Source of the DNA: an uncultured cyanobacterium | GTDB taxonomy: Bacteria > Cyanobacteriota > Cyanobacteriia > CAKZMO01 | Assembly: GCA_963719515.1 (NCBI GenBank) | Contig: CAVRCJ010000010.1 | Span: 544,001-608,000 of the forward strand | Reading direction: 5' to 3' | Length of the DNA: 64,000 bases | Shown here: positions 10,665-20,524 of the stretch, in pieces | Numbering within the stretch: position 1 is the stretch's first letter | How the letters are laid out: each line of letters begins with the position of its first letter | Made by a program: the position numbers and the translations under genes | Notes under the pieces: generated by a model | Databases searched by the model: none | What the model saw: the letters and a program-made list of their open reading frames with translations, nothing else | Told to the model about the DNA's origin: nothing

Positions 10665-12431
10665 CTAAACCGATGCCGGCACCAGCCGCCAGCTGCAGTC
10701 TTCCGCCAGGGCCAAAATCTCGTCGTGATACTGAGTCAGTGAGGTGTTGTGTCCGACACTCAAAATAGTGACCCCACTGCTGCGTAAATCTCGGTATAGA
10801 CGGGCCTCATTCTCAGCGTCTAGAGCGCTAGTTGCTTCATCCAAGATGGCGTACTTAGGTTGATTGGTGAGGATACGAGCAAAGGATACCCGCTGCTGTT
10901 CCCCTTGAGATAGTACCTCTGACCATAACTCCTCCGCATCGAACCCGCCGAAGCGCTGGGCCAAATCCGGCAGGTTGACCTCTGCCAAGATTTTAGAAAG
11001 CGCTGCCTCAGATAGCTCAGTGTGGTGGGGATAGCACAGCTGGTCCCGCAGAGTGCCAGGAACCATGTAGGGCCGCTGGGGCAAAAACAGCACCTGATCA
11101 GAAGGCGGGTGGAGGATGATGCCTTCTCCCGAAGACCACAGACCCGCGATCGCTCGCAATAAGGAGCTTTTGCCGCAGCCGCTAGGTCCGGTAATCAGCA
11201 CGCTGGTGCCGGGGGCCAGCGACAAAGATAGATCCTTCACTAAGGTCTGCTGGTAATTGGGGGTCTGGAGGGTAAGGGAGTCTAGAGCAATGCGATCGCT
11301 TTGCTGGCGGGTAATAGTCGGCGGCGGGGTAGGTTCGGCGGCGGGCGGTTCGGCGGTGCTGGCCTCAGCCTCTTCTACAGGTCCAGCTGCCGCTGCGTCA
11401 CTCGCCGGCGCTAGCTGGGCGGCGGGCTGCGAGATGAAATCTTCAAAGCTGTGGAGGCGATCAATCCCGGCCCCGAAGTTAGTTAAGTCCTGGAACTGAT
11501 TGACCACCACGTTGAGGGAAAAGAATACCCGAATGAATGCCCCCTGGGCTTCGGTAACTTTGCCAATTTCTAGCTCTCCAGCAAAAATAGCTGGAGCGAC
11601 CACGAGGGCTGGAATCACAAAGGGCACGAACTCGTAGATGTTGGTGAGTCCATTTAGCCCTAATTCCCAGCGAATGAGACGTCTGAAGTTCTCGAACACC
11701 TCTGAGAAGCGATCGCGAGTGAAGCGCGACTCTTGCTCCTCTCCTTTATAAAAAGCGATCGCCTCGGCATTTTCGCGAATGCGGATCAGGCTAAAGCGGA
11801 AGTCTGCCTCTTTTTTAAGCTGCTGAAAGTTAAGCCGCACCATTGGCTGACCGAATACCAGGGCCGTGATTCCGGTGCCTAGCAGGGCGTAAAGGAGCAA
11901 AAACAGCACCAGCGGTTTTGAAATGCTGAACAGCACCACGCCAAAGGCAATTGTTTCTAGAAATGAGTCTAGGAAGATCAGCGTAAACTTGAGGGAGTCG
12001 AGGGTGAAGCGGCGGATATCTTCAGCGATCCGCTGGTCGGGGTTATCAATGTCGGTGGCAGAGGTGTTGAGGGCGTAGTAGGCGCGATCGCTGAGGTATT
12101 CTTCCAAAAACCGCTCCGTCAGCCAGCGCCGCCACTGCAAACCAAAGCGATCGCGTACGTAGACGTAGGCCGCTAGCACCGGAGCGTAAGCTACTAGCAC
12201 TACGACAAAGACAATTACCGTCTGCCAAAACTGGGTTTCGTCCCGGTTCGACAGCGTCGTAATCAGCGCCCCTCGCTTGTTGTTGAGCAGCACGCTCAGG
12301 CCAGTGTACGACAGCAGCAGCAACAGCAGCAGTACCAGTGATCCCCGCGCGGTCCATTTCTCCTCGCTCCACCAATAGGGTCTGGCGATCGCCCAAAACC
12401 GCTTAAACAAGGTCAAATCGAGTCGTGCCAT
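10665..12431 (-). CDS. ABC transporter, fused permease/ATP-binding (ABCD/YddA-like)
   Basis: DNPDQRI, EAIAFY (EAA-like), GPSGCGKS, LSQGEQQR, LDEATSALD. Confidence 0.9.
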   Translation of the reverse strand: MARLDLTLFKRFWAIARPYWWSEEKWTARGSLVLLLLLLLSYTGLSVLLNNKRGALITTLSNRDETQFWQTVIVFVVVLVAYAPVLAAYVYVRDRFGLQWRRWLTERFLEEYLSDRAYYALNTSATDIDNPDQRIAEDIRRFTLDSLKFTLIFLDSFLETIAFGVVLFSISKPLVLFLLLYALLGTGITALVFGQPMVRLNFQQLKKEADFRFSLIRIRENAEAIAFYKGEEQESRFTRDRFSEVFENFRRLIRWELGLNGLTNIYEFVPFVIPALVVAPAIFAGELEIGKVTEAQGAFIRVFFSLNVVVNQFQDLTNFGAGIDRLHSFEDFISQPAAQLAPASDAAAAGPVEEAEASTAEPPAAEPTPPPTITRQQSDRIALDSLTLQTPNYQQTLVKDLSLSLAPGTSVLITGPSGCGKSSLLRAIAGLWSSGEGIILHPPSDQVLFLPQRPYMVPGTLRDQLCYPHHTELSEAALSKILAEVNLPDLAQRFGGFDAEELWSEVLSQGEQQRVSFARILTNQPKYAILDEATSALDAENEARLYRDLRSSGVTILSVGHNTSLTQYHDEILALAEDCSWRLVPASV

Positions 12432-12612
12432 GGGTGGTGCTGTCGCCCCGGAAATTGAGTTTTTGTTACAGCTCTAAACCTAACGCTGTTTAGGCGATGG
12501 GGGGAACCTGCCCTCTGGAGGAAAGCGCCAATAAATTGCTGACGAGGGGCGAAATGGGTCGCTCCTTAATCTAATAAAATGACGTTGTAGGCAGCTCCTA
12601 ATCATTCATTCC

Positions 12613-14064
12613 ATGTCCCTACTCTTGACTGATTCTGACCAATGGTACGACGAATACGACGACGCCTCTCCTAAGCAGCAATACGCCCTGGTGAGGGAAG
12701 CGATCGCCCAGCCGATTCCCGTTGAATTTGCCGAAGCGATCGATCTGGGCATGGTTTTGGTTGAAGTCTACGACCTCTTGGCCAACAATAACCAGGTAGA
12801 GGAGGTGCTAGCGTTTACAGCCACCCTCCAGCAGCACAACCCCGACATTTTCCAGGGCGAGTTTCAGTATTTCGACAAATACAGCGTGCTGTATGGTCTG
12901 TTTCACGGCCAAATCGACGCGGTTAGCAACGCCTTGGTTCGCTACAGGGCAAACCCCGTTCAAGGGATCGAGGAACTCATTGAGCTGCTTTACAGCCTCG
13001 AGTTCTACGGCGCGCTAGAACCACTGCTTGACCTGTGCGCAGCGGTGTACGAGCCGATAGCGATATCTCCTGACATCATTAGAGGTGCTGAAATCGATTT
13101 TGGCGCGATTTGGGTCAACCACCAGTTTGAACAGACCTATCGACGGATTCAGCAAGGGGAGGCTATCGACTGGAAAGCGCTCAGCAATGAATTGAGTGTG
13201 TACGGCTTTAAGAACAATACCCAGGTGCGAAACGAGCTAGAGCAGGGGTTGACTACACCGACAGCGCCTAACCCGGAGTTTCTTCATCGCTTTAAGCGCA
13301 ATCGTCAGAGCGCTCTGCGTCGGCTTTCTCTCGGCTTTAGCCGTGAAATGCTAACCCAGCAAATGTCCTTTGTCTGTAGTCAAGCCATCTGGACCTGTGT
13401 GATCGATGCGCTGGAGTGGCGAGAGCGACCTCAGGCCAAACTAAACCAGCCCAACCGATACTTTGCCATCACCGAGACAGAGCTTGATGCGTACTTAGCC
13501 AAACGGATTATGGGTCTGCTTTCCTCTCGGTACGCCGAAGGGTTTGCCCTAATTTGGGGCATTCCCCTCGTCTATGAGTTTTTGGCGTCTCAGCAAATCG
13601 TGGAGACCGACACCGCCGAAGAGGCGATCGCGGCGGCCACTGCCCTGAAGCTCTTTCTTACCAAGGCCTGCTCGTCTTTCCTGTGGCAGCTTGATTTTGT
13701 TCACCGCTGGCCGCGCCCTCAGTGCGTTTCAGAGCCAGAGTTTGCGGCAGAGGCAGAGCAGTTTAGGGCCACGATCACTCAGGCCGAACCCCTAAGCGAT
13801 GACCCTGAAGATCACGAATCTTTCACCGATATGATCGACAGGGCGGCTGAGACCCTAGCAAACAAATTAGAGGGGACGTCGATCCCAAAATTCGCTGGTG
13901 CGTCTCCCTTTGGGGATGACGACCTGCTGCCTCATACCCTGCCCACCTCAACCTGGAAACCCCCCAAGCCGCGAAAGTCTCCATTGCAGGAGGCGGGGGA
14001 GCTACGCAACTCGAAGCCGCCTAAGAAGGAGCGATCGGGCAAAAAGAAGAAAGGGTTCAGCTAA
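12613..14064 (+). CDS. Hypothetical helical protein with basic KKKKGFS tail
   Basis: 483-aa ORF; no motif recognised. Confidence 0.7.
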   Translation: MSLLLTDSDQWYDEYDDASPKQQYALVREAIAQPIPVEFAEAIDLGMVLVEVYDLLANNNQVEEVLAFTATLQQHNPDIFQGEFQYFDKYSVLYGLFHGQIDAVSNALVRYRANPVQGIEELIELLYSLEFYGALEPLLDLCAAVYEPIAISPDIIRGAEIDFGAIWVNHQFEQTYRRIQQGEAIDWKALSNELSVYGFKNNTQVRNELEQGLTTPTAPNPEFLHRFKRNRQSALRRLSLGFSREMLTQQMSFVCSQAIWTCVIDALEWRERPQAKLNQPNRYFAITETELDAYLAKRIMGLLSSRYAEGFALIWGIPLVYEFLASQQIVETDTAEEAIAAATALKLFLTKACSSFLWQLDFVHRWPRPQCVSEPEFAAEAEQFRATITQAEPLSDDPEDHESFTDMIDRAAETLANKLEGTSIPKFAGASPFGDDDLLPHTLPTSTWKPPKPRKSPLQEAGELRNSKPPKKERSGKKKKGFS

Positions 14065-14118
14065 GCCGTCAGTCTGCACCCACGCTTTGGATTGACCCAC
14101 CTAGTTCATCCGAGTGGG

Positions 14119-15646
14119 TCACATCATCCGGTCTATGGTCCGATACTGCGCCGCCTCGGCGATGTGCTGCGCCTGAATCTGCTCATCTCCTGCCAGATCC
14201 GCCAGGGTGCGGGCTACCTTCAGCACCCGGTCCGTGGCCCGCGCCGACAGCCCCAGCTTGCGAATCGCCCCCTCTAAAAGCTGGCGGCTAGTCTCGCTGA
14301 GGGGGCACCACTGGCGCAGGTGGCGGCTCTGCATCTCCGCGTTGGAGCACAGGGGTTCATCCTTAAAGCGCTCCTGGATTCTGCTGCGGGCCATCTGGAC
14401 GCGATCGCGCACCGCCTTTGAGGTTTCGCCGGTTTGCTGCTGGGTAATTTCCTCCGGCTTCAGCCGACTGACTACCACCTGCAGGTCGATGCGGTCCATC
14501 AGCGGCCCGGAGAGCTTGGCCCAGTATTGGTCTCGCTGGCGGGGGGTGCAGGTGCAGGGCTGCACGGTGTCGCCGTAGTAGCCACAGGGGCAGGGGTTGG
14601 TGCTGGCTACCAGCATAAACTGGGCCGGGAAGGAGACGGACTGACGGGTGCGGGAAATGGTGACGACCCCATCTTCGAGGGGCTGGCGCAGGAACTCCAG
14701 CACGTCCCGCTTGAACTCCGTCAGCTCGTCTAGAAATAGTACGCCGCGGTGGGCCAAAGAGATCTCTCCCGGCTTGGGATAAGACCCACCCCCCACCAAA
14801 GACGGCCCAGAGGCGGAATGGTGGGGACTACGGAAGGGGCGATCGCTCACCAGGGCCCCTTTCTCCCGCAGCCGCCCCGCTACGGAGTGAATCTGGGTCA
14901 CCTCTAGGGCTTCTTGGAACGACAGCGGCGGCAGAGATGCTGGGCATCCGCCGCGCCAGCATGGTTTTACCGCTTCCTGGCGGACCGACGAAGATGAGGT
15001 TATGGCCGCCCGCCGCCGCAATCTCCAGCGCTCGCCGCGCCTGCATCTGGCCTTTGACGTCTTTGAGGTCTAGGCCGCCAAACTGGGGGGCGGCCAGCTC
15101 GGCTTTACCGTCGACCGTTACCGGGGTGTGGCGCTCGGGGTTGTTGAGCAGGTCGGCCACGTCGGCCAGGTGCTTGACGCCGTATACGCTTAGCCCTTCC
15201 ACCACGGCGGCTTCGCGGGCATTGTCGCAGGGGACGACGATGCCGGTGAGGCCCATCGACTGGGCGGCGGCGGCAATGGGCAGCACGCCGGTGACAGGGC
15301 GCAGGCTGCCGTCTAGGGAGACTTCGCCTAGAAACAGGTGCTGGACTAGGTCTTTGGGGTTGACCTGCTCTGAAGCGGCCATGATGCCGACGGCAATGGG
15401 CAAGTCGAAGCTGGGGCCTTCTTTGCGCAGGTCGGCGGGGCTGAGGTTGATGACGATGCGCCGCATGGGGAAGGCGTAGCCGGTATTTTTGAGGGCGGCG
15501 CGGACTCGCTCGCGGCTCTCTTGAACGGCGGCGTCGGGGAGACCAACGACGGTGATGCCCGGCAGACCGCCTGTGATGTCGACCTCTACGCCGACTTTGA
15601 TGGCGTCGATGCCGATGAGGGTGGCGCTCCAGGTTTTGGCTAGCAT
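14119..15646 (-). CDS. comM: YifB/ComM Mg-chelatase-like AAA+ ATPase, frameshifted near 14936
   Basis: VGLPDAAVQESRERV, GPPGSGKTMLARR, then in another frame PFRSPHHS, LFLDELTEF, NPCPCG, LSARA; minus strand reads ATC-T-CTG-CCG (one extra base). Confidence 0.88.
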
Positions 15647-15793
15647 GGGGTTCGGTGATGCACGATGTCAGGCTAGAGTGCCCAAGGCGATCGCGCTTTC
15701 TACCGGCGCTGGATGTGCGGAGCTGCAGCTATGAGAGCTGAGCGGTGGTAGTCCCCTCACCTTAGAACAATACTGTCACTCTGCTTGAGGCGC

Positions 15794-15880
15794 TCGCACA
15801 GCGAATGTGAAGCATTTATCGCACAGCGAATGTGAAGCATTTATCGCGTAGCGAATGCGGAGCATTTATCGCATCTCGAA
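15794..15880. repeat. 25-bp tandem repeat (tcgcacagcgaatgtgaagcattta), about 3.5 copies
   Basis: Two identical units, a third diverged and a partial fourth; no unique spacers. Confidence 0.85.
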
Positions 15881-15930
15881 CGCCCGAGGTTTACCATAAT
15901 AGAACAATCGTCTGTCCGGAGCCGATACTC

Positions 15931-16167
15931 ATGTCTCCACTCTGCGAGCAAATTCTACAAACCGTCAAAACGCTGTCAGACCAAGACCAGCAGCAGATTC
16001 TAGACTTTGTTGAGTTTCTACAAGCAAAACGTCAGCAGCCCCAAAAAACAGCACCCGAAACCGCTCTCAAATCATTCTTCGAGGTAGCCCAAGCCACGAT
16101 TGGGGCTGGAGAAGGGCCTGGAGACTTATCAACAAATCCAGACTACATGCGAAACTATGGCCAGTAA
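15931..16167 (+). CDS. DUF2281-like putative antitoxin
   Basis: ILQTVKTLSDQDQQQILDFVEFLQAK and C-terminal GPGDLSTNPDYMRNYG; stop overlaps next ATG (TAATG). Confidence 0.65.
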   Translation: MSPLCEQILQTVKTLSDQDQQQILDFVEFLQAKRQQPQKTAPETALKSFFEVAQATIGAGEGPGDLSTNPDYMRNYGQ

Positions 16168-16213
16168 TGCTCCAGCAAGTCACCGTTGACATAAGCATTC
16201 CTGTATCGCGGCT
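16167..16213 (+). pseudogene. 5' stub of a probable PIN/VapC toxin, cut by the IS605 right end
   Basis: Translationally coupled ATG; MLQQVTVDIS resembles a PIN start (hydrophobic-V-D-T/S); ends at the IS boundary. Confidence 0.5.
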
Positions 16214-18010
16214 ATGAAGCTCTCCCACCTGGCATAGCCGAGGTGGGAGTGTCCTATGCTAATCTCGAACTATCCTGAGTCCAGAGATCACATAGACAAG
16301 CCCAGCTTCGGGGCGACCGTCCAGAACATTTGCTGGAACGGCCCTCACTGTCCTTTCGGCGAGTGAGCTGAAGGATACCTCTGGCCGCTATATTTTGGCT
16401 TCCATTAAGGTCGCAGTTATAGCGCTTGCCAGAGGAGAATTTTGCTAGCGCGTAGTTTTTTGAATCGCGCTTAACAATGCCAGAGCCATCGTAGGCGAGC
16501 TTTGAGGTATAGGCAGCAACGACATCAATCACTTTGCCACCGACCTCTCGCCACTTCATTTCGGTATAGTCGCGGATCATGGCTTTGAGCCAACCATGAA
16601 AGCGCTGGCGCAGATTAGAACGTCGCCGCCCACCCGTCGCCTTCCAGCCTTTCAGATTCTCAAAGACAATCGCTTCTGAGTTAAACTCAGCCGCTATTTG
16701 CACAATCCGCTTAGACACGATGTGGCCGATTTGCTGGTTGATGTTCCGGCATTTTCGGTAGGTATTGGCGCAAAACCCCTTGTGGAGTTTGCCGCCCTTT
16801 CCCATCGTCTTAGATGCCCGCATTGAAACGGACTTGAGCCGCTTGTCTCGACGGTCTATGTCTTTTCCAGGGTGAATAAATTCACGATGGATTACAGTAC
16901 CGTCGTGGGTAACGACTACCACGGTCGCCGTGGTATTGATGCCCAGGTCAACCGCCGTGACATTGCCATCTGGCTTCCGTTTCGCTGGCATACAGTGAAA
17001 CGGGACTGATAGATGGCAGGACTTGGCATTGAAGATCAGCGAGGGCGACAGCAGCTTGTTGCCGGAGATTTCGTGGCGGTCACGTAGCCCCGTGATTTGA
17101 ACCGTTGTCCAGACCCAGTCAGACCCCGTAAATACCTTGATCTCAACCTGCTCGTAGCCCTGCAGCTTGTAGCACTGGCCCTTGTAGAGCGTGGGGTAGC
17201 AGCCTGCCGCTGCATTGAGTAGCGTGGGGTTCGCGTCCCGACGATTGCGAGAGTGCCCGCATTGCCAATCCCGATACCGGGTCAGGTAGCTACTGACCTG
17301 ACCCGCCGCAAACATGATGGCGGCACGGCGGTAGTAGCTCGGGAATTTGTGGAACGTCGCATCAATCAGCGCGTACTTCGGATTAGGGTTTTTCGCTGTT
17401 TGATGGGTGAGCCGTTCGACAGCCGGAACCAGTTCGTCGCTAGCCAGGCTTCCCAGATCTGGCCAGTGCGTGAAGACAACCCCGACCAAATGCCTGCATA
17501 GCCGACGATAGACCTTGACCGTTTCGCCGAACAGCTCTCGCTGTTGGGTCGTTGGGTTAAGCGTCCACTTGTCGGTGCGGATAATTTTGGCGGGTTTCTT
17601 GGTCTTCATGGTTCTAGTGTACTACAGTGAAGGAAGAAAATAAACCTCGAAATCGTTGGTATATCTCAGGTAAGCTCAGATCCTTTTCTCACAGTGTCGC
17701 TTTACTTAAGGTGCATATTGTGTTCGTCACTAAATACCGTCATCCGGTTATCACTGAGGCCATAGAGGCTGATATCAGGGCGCTGGCGGAGAGTATCTGC
17801 TTGAAAGTTGACTGCCTACTGGAGGACGCCAAGGCCGATTTAGGTAGCAAAGACCACATTCATTTGTTAGTGGACATAGCCCCGAAAGTGGCGGTGTCCA
17901 GGCTGTGCAATACACTTAAAACAGTGACTAGCCGGGAAATTAGAAAGCGGTATGCTGAAGAGCTACGGCCCTACTACTGGAAGCCTGTCTTCTGGAAGCG
18001 TGGGTTCAAA
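16214..18010 (-). mobile_element. Decayed IS200/IS605 element (IS605 arrangement, divergent tnpA/tnpB); left end missing
   Basis: Right-end hairpin ctcccacct...aggtgggag at 16222-16249 and minus-strand terminus TCAT; intact tnpB; truncated tnpA; other boundary approximate. Confidence 0.8.
16254..17609 (-). CDS. tnpB: RNA-guided endonuclease TnpB (IS200/IS605 accessory protein)
   Basis: RuvC triad AVDLGIN / IVFENL / NCDLNGSQNI; usual CxxC zinc finger absent. Confidence 0.9.
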   Translation of the reverse strand: MKTKKPAKIIRTDKWTLNPTTQQRELFGETVKVYRRLCRHLVGVVFTHWPDLGSLASDELVPAVERLTHQTAKNPNPKYALIDATFHKFPSYYRRAAIMFAAGQVSSYLTRYRDWQCGHSRNRRDANPTLLNAAAGCYPTLYKGQCYKLQGYEQVEIKVFTGSDWVWTTVQITGLRDRHEISGNKLLSPSLIFNAKSCHLSVPFHCMPAKRKPDGNVTAVDLGINTTATVVVVTHDGTVIHREFIHPGKDIDRRDKRLKSVSMRASKTMGKGGKLHKGFCANTYRKCRNINQQIGHIVSKRIVQIAAEFNSEAIVFENLKGWKATGGRRRSNLRQRFHGWLKAMIRDYTEMKWREVGGKVIDVVAAYTSKLAYDGSGIVKRDSKNYALAKFSSGKRYNCDLNGSQNIAARGILQLTRRKDSEGRSSKCSGRSPRSWACLCDLWTQDSSRLA

Positions 18011-18088
18011 GCTATCGCAAAAATCGCGATCGCCCCTGCTTCTGAACCTGAGCAATCACCGCATAGTGCTGAGGGCCAGCAACCGTAA
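17627..18088 (+). pseudogene. tnpA: IS200-family Y1 transposase TnpA, 3'-truncated
   Basis: HIVFVTKYR, DHIHLL, LKTVTSR, FWKRG present; homology lost after ~18010 and the catalytic Y-x-x-x-Q helix is missing. Confidence 0.8.
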
Positions 18089-18171
18089 CCATGGGCTGAG
18101 CAAAACCCGCCTCAGCGATCGCCACCCACTTCGCCACCTCACCCTCCCCCGCAAACTTTTCTTCAATACGC

Positions 18172-18200
18172 TTGCATTAGCCGCAAAACTTCGCTACGAT
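18172..18200 (+). promoter_or_regulatory. Sigma70-type promoter
   Basis: TTGCAT-17 bp-TACGAT upstream of a long leader and ORF 18430. Confidence 0.5.
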
Positions 18201-18429
18201 GCCAAGCCATGGATGCAAATTACACCGCGTCCTAATTTCCGACAACTCCAAAGATTTAGCGCCCCCTGGAAGTGCTGACACACGACCAGGGGACTCACCG
18301 CACGCTGAACGAACCAGCGGTTGGCTACTGGGATTTTATCCCGGACTAGTCACCTCGCTCTATGGTTTGCGGGGTGGCTAAATTTTTGGGGGCGTCTTTC
18401 CTTATACCCAAACAGGAGACAACCCCAAA

Positions 18430-18741
18430 ATGACTTGTGAACCTCAAACCCCTGACAGCCGTCAGGACAGCCTCGTGCGCCTGGACATCAACCCCCAAAC
18501 CGGGGACTACCTGATCGGCGACAAGCGCGAAAGCGGCTATCATGCCCTGCGGCTAATCGCCATTGGCTCCCTCTATGCCGTCAATAACTGCCGCGACCGG
18601 CTGCACCTGCTGGGCTACGCAGAACCTCACGAATGGTCTCAGCCCATCCCCATGGTCAATACCGACGGCGTCCTGCGGGGCCTCACGCCCACTGACGTGA
18701 TGCGCATCTTGACCAAGCGCATTACGCTGCCCCGCCGGTAA
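18430..18741 (+). CDS. Small hypothetical protein of a cyanobacterial family (IGS...LH.LGYAE..EWS...P...VM.ILTK)
   Basis: RBS AGGAG upstream; motif pattern recalled from cyanobacterial hypothetical proteins. Confidence 0.6.
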   Translation: MTCEPQTPDSRQDSLVRLDINPQTGDYLIGDKRESGYHALRLIAIGSLYAVNNCRDRLHLLGYAEPHEWSQPIPMVNTDGVLRGLTPTDVMRILTKRITLPRR

Positions 18742-18788
18742 GGGCAAGCCTCGGGCTGGCAAAAACCAGCCCGAGCGTCGTGGAACCT

Positions 18789-20478
18789 CTACGGCATGGG
18801 GAACAGCATATTCCCCGACTCATTCAGCGCCGCCAGCCTGGCGTCTTGCATCACGGCCCGCCGCCGGGCGATCGCCACGTCGTACAGCCGCTCTAGCTCC
18901 GCCTGCCGGGAGGCCGGGTCGCTGAGCCGAGCCTCCAGCGTCCTGCGATAGGTCTTCACGCGATCGGCCAAGACCTGCTTGGGGTCATCCGCCTTCAAAA
19001 TCGCCAGCAGCTCCCCTTCTGAAGACCCGCTCGGCGGCTTCAGGCGCTCCAGCCTATCAACGACGACTTGGGTCAGCTCATCGGGGTGGCGCTTCGTCTT
19101 CAGCGGGTCCGTGACGTTGAGCGGCTGAAAGCGGAAGGTGTCCGGAATCAAATCCAGCAGCGTCTCCCGACCTTCAGACAGCACTGGATTTTCCAGGTCG
19201 ATTGCCGTCACCGCCGCCGCGAACTCAGGGGTAATAATCCCCTGCTTGATCAGCCGGTCCACCAGGTCATTGTCGATGTGGCTGGGCTCGGGCACCAGCC
19301 AGGCAAACACCGCATCCCCAGGCTCAACGCCCCCCAGCTTTGTCCGGGAGTTGACGATTAAATCCTTGTACTCTTCCGCAGACAGCTCTGTGACATCATC
19401 AAACCTCTGAGCCTCAGAAATCCCTAAGCCCTTATAGTTCAGGATTCGGCTGCCGCCAATCAGGTTGGCGTTGAGGAAAAAGCTGTCGGGAATGCGGACC
19501 GGCTGCCCTGGGCCATTGGTGTCGGCTTTAGGGAAAGGGATGCAAACCAGACGGAATGCGATCGGCGCTGATGATGTTGTATTCGGTGGTGGTGAACAGG
19601 GGCTTGAGTAAGGCCTTGCCGTCGGTCACCTCCTGGAAACCATTAGCGTCGGTGACGGGCTGTCCGCTGTCGTCGTGGCGAATCAGCTGGGCAATTCTCG
19701 CTCGGTTAAACTTGCGGATGGGTGAGATAACCAAGCGCTCTAGGGTTTCGGCCCCGCTCAGCCGGTCGCCCCGCAGCTTGCTGTCCTGGGAGACCTTCCA
19801 CGGGAGCGTATCACCGGTTTGAAAGCCCTGTAGGTAGGTCACGGGGAAATCTAGGGAGTGCCAGTTGTTCCACGGGCGCAGCAGCTCCTTCATCACTGGA
19901 GCGCCGTTGATGTGGCACTGCATGCAGGTGCCGCTGCGCTGGGAGACGGTCATCGCGTCCGCCCCTTCAGACGAGCCGCGAAACTTCCAGGAGGGGCGGT
20001 CTGTGCCCTGGCGGTCCAGCTTGTAGTAGTTGTAGCGTCCCCGCTCGTCGTCCCAACCTAGGGCTTCGATGGGCTGCTGGTCCGGGAACTGCTCGGAGTT
20101 AAACAACACCGAAAGCATGACGTTGGTGTTCAGCCGCTCCGACCCATTGACGCCCGAGTAGGTCAACACCGCCCGCCGCCCCTGTCCGGGCGCGGAGTCG
20201 GCAATGTGCTCTTCGACGACGAACGTATGCCGCTGTGAGGCACTGGGCTGAATGAGCGCTTCAACCTCAGATAGCGAGGTCGCGTCCGCTCCCTCCTTCA
20301 GCACCAGGTTAAAAAACGGATCGCCGAGTTCGCTGCGCTCCTCAGGGGTCAGAGGCCTCACCGGGCTGGCGTTGGCGTCTTGACGCAGCAGGGCCGCGCT
20401 GTCTTGGGCAAAGGCTGGCTCAGCCACTAGCCCCACCGCCAAGGTGAGGCTCAAAAGCAGATTCAAAATTCTACGCAT
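18789..20478 (-). CDS. Secreted CxxCH (putative heme c) protein of unknown function, frameshifted near 19530
   Basis: Signal peptide MRRILNLLLSLTLAVGLVAEPAFA; CMQCH followed by MKELLRPWNNWHS; removing one base at CCC-T-AAA opens the frame through KADTNGPGQPVRIPDSFFLN into ORF 18789-19310. Confidence 0.7.
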
Positions 20479-20524
20479 TACCGCTTCTCGCTTGAACTTC
20501 CTGTGACTAAAACTATTTTTTGGT

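Noticed and set aside
15794..15880. CRISPR array
   Set aside because: Units are head-to-tail with no unique spacers, and no cas genes are present
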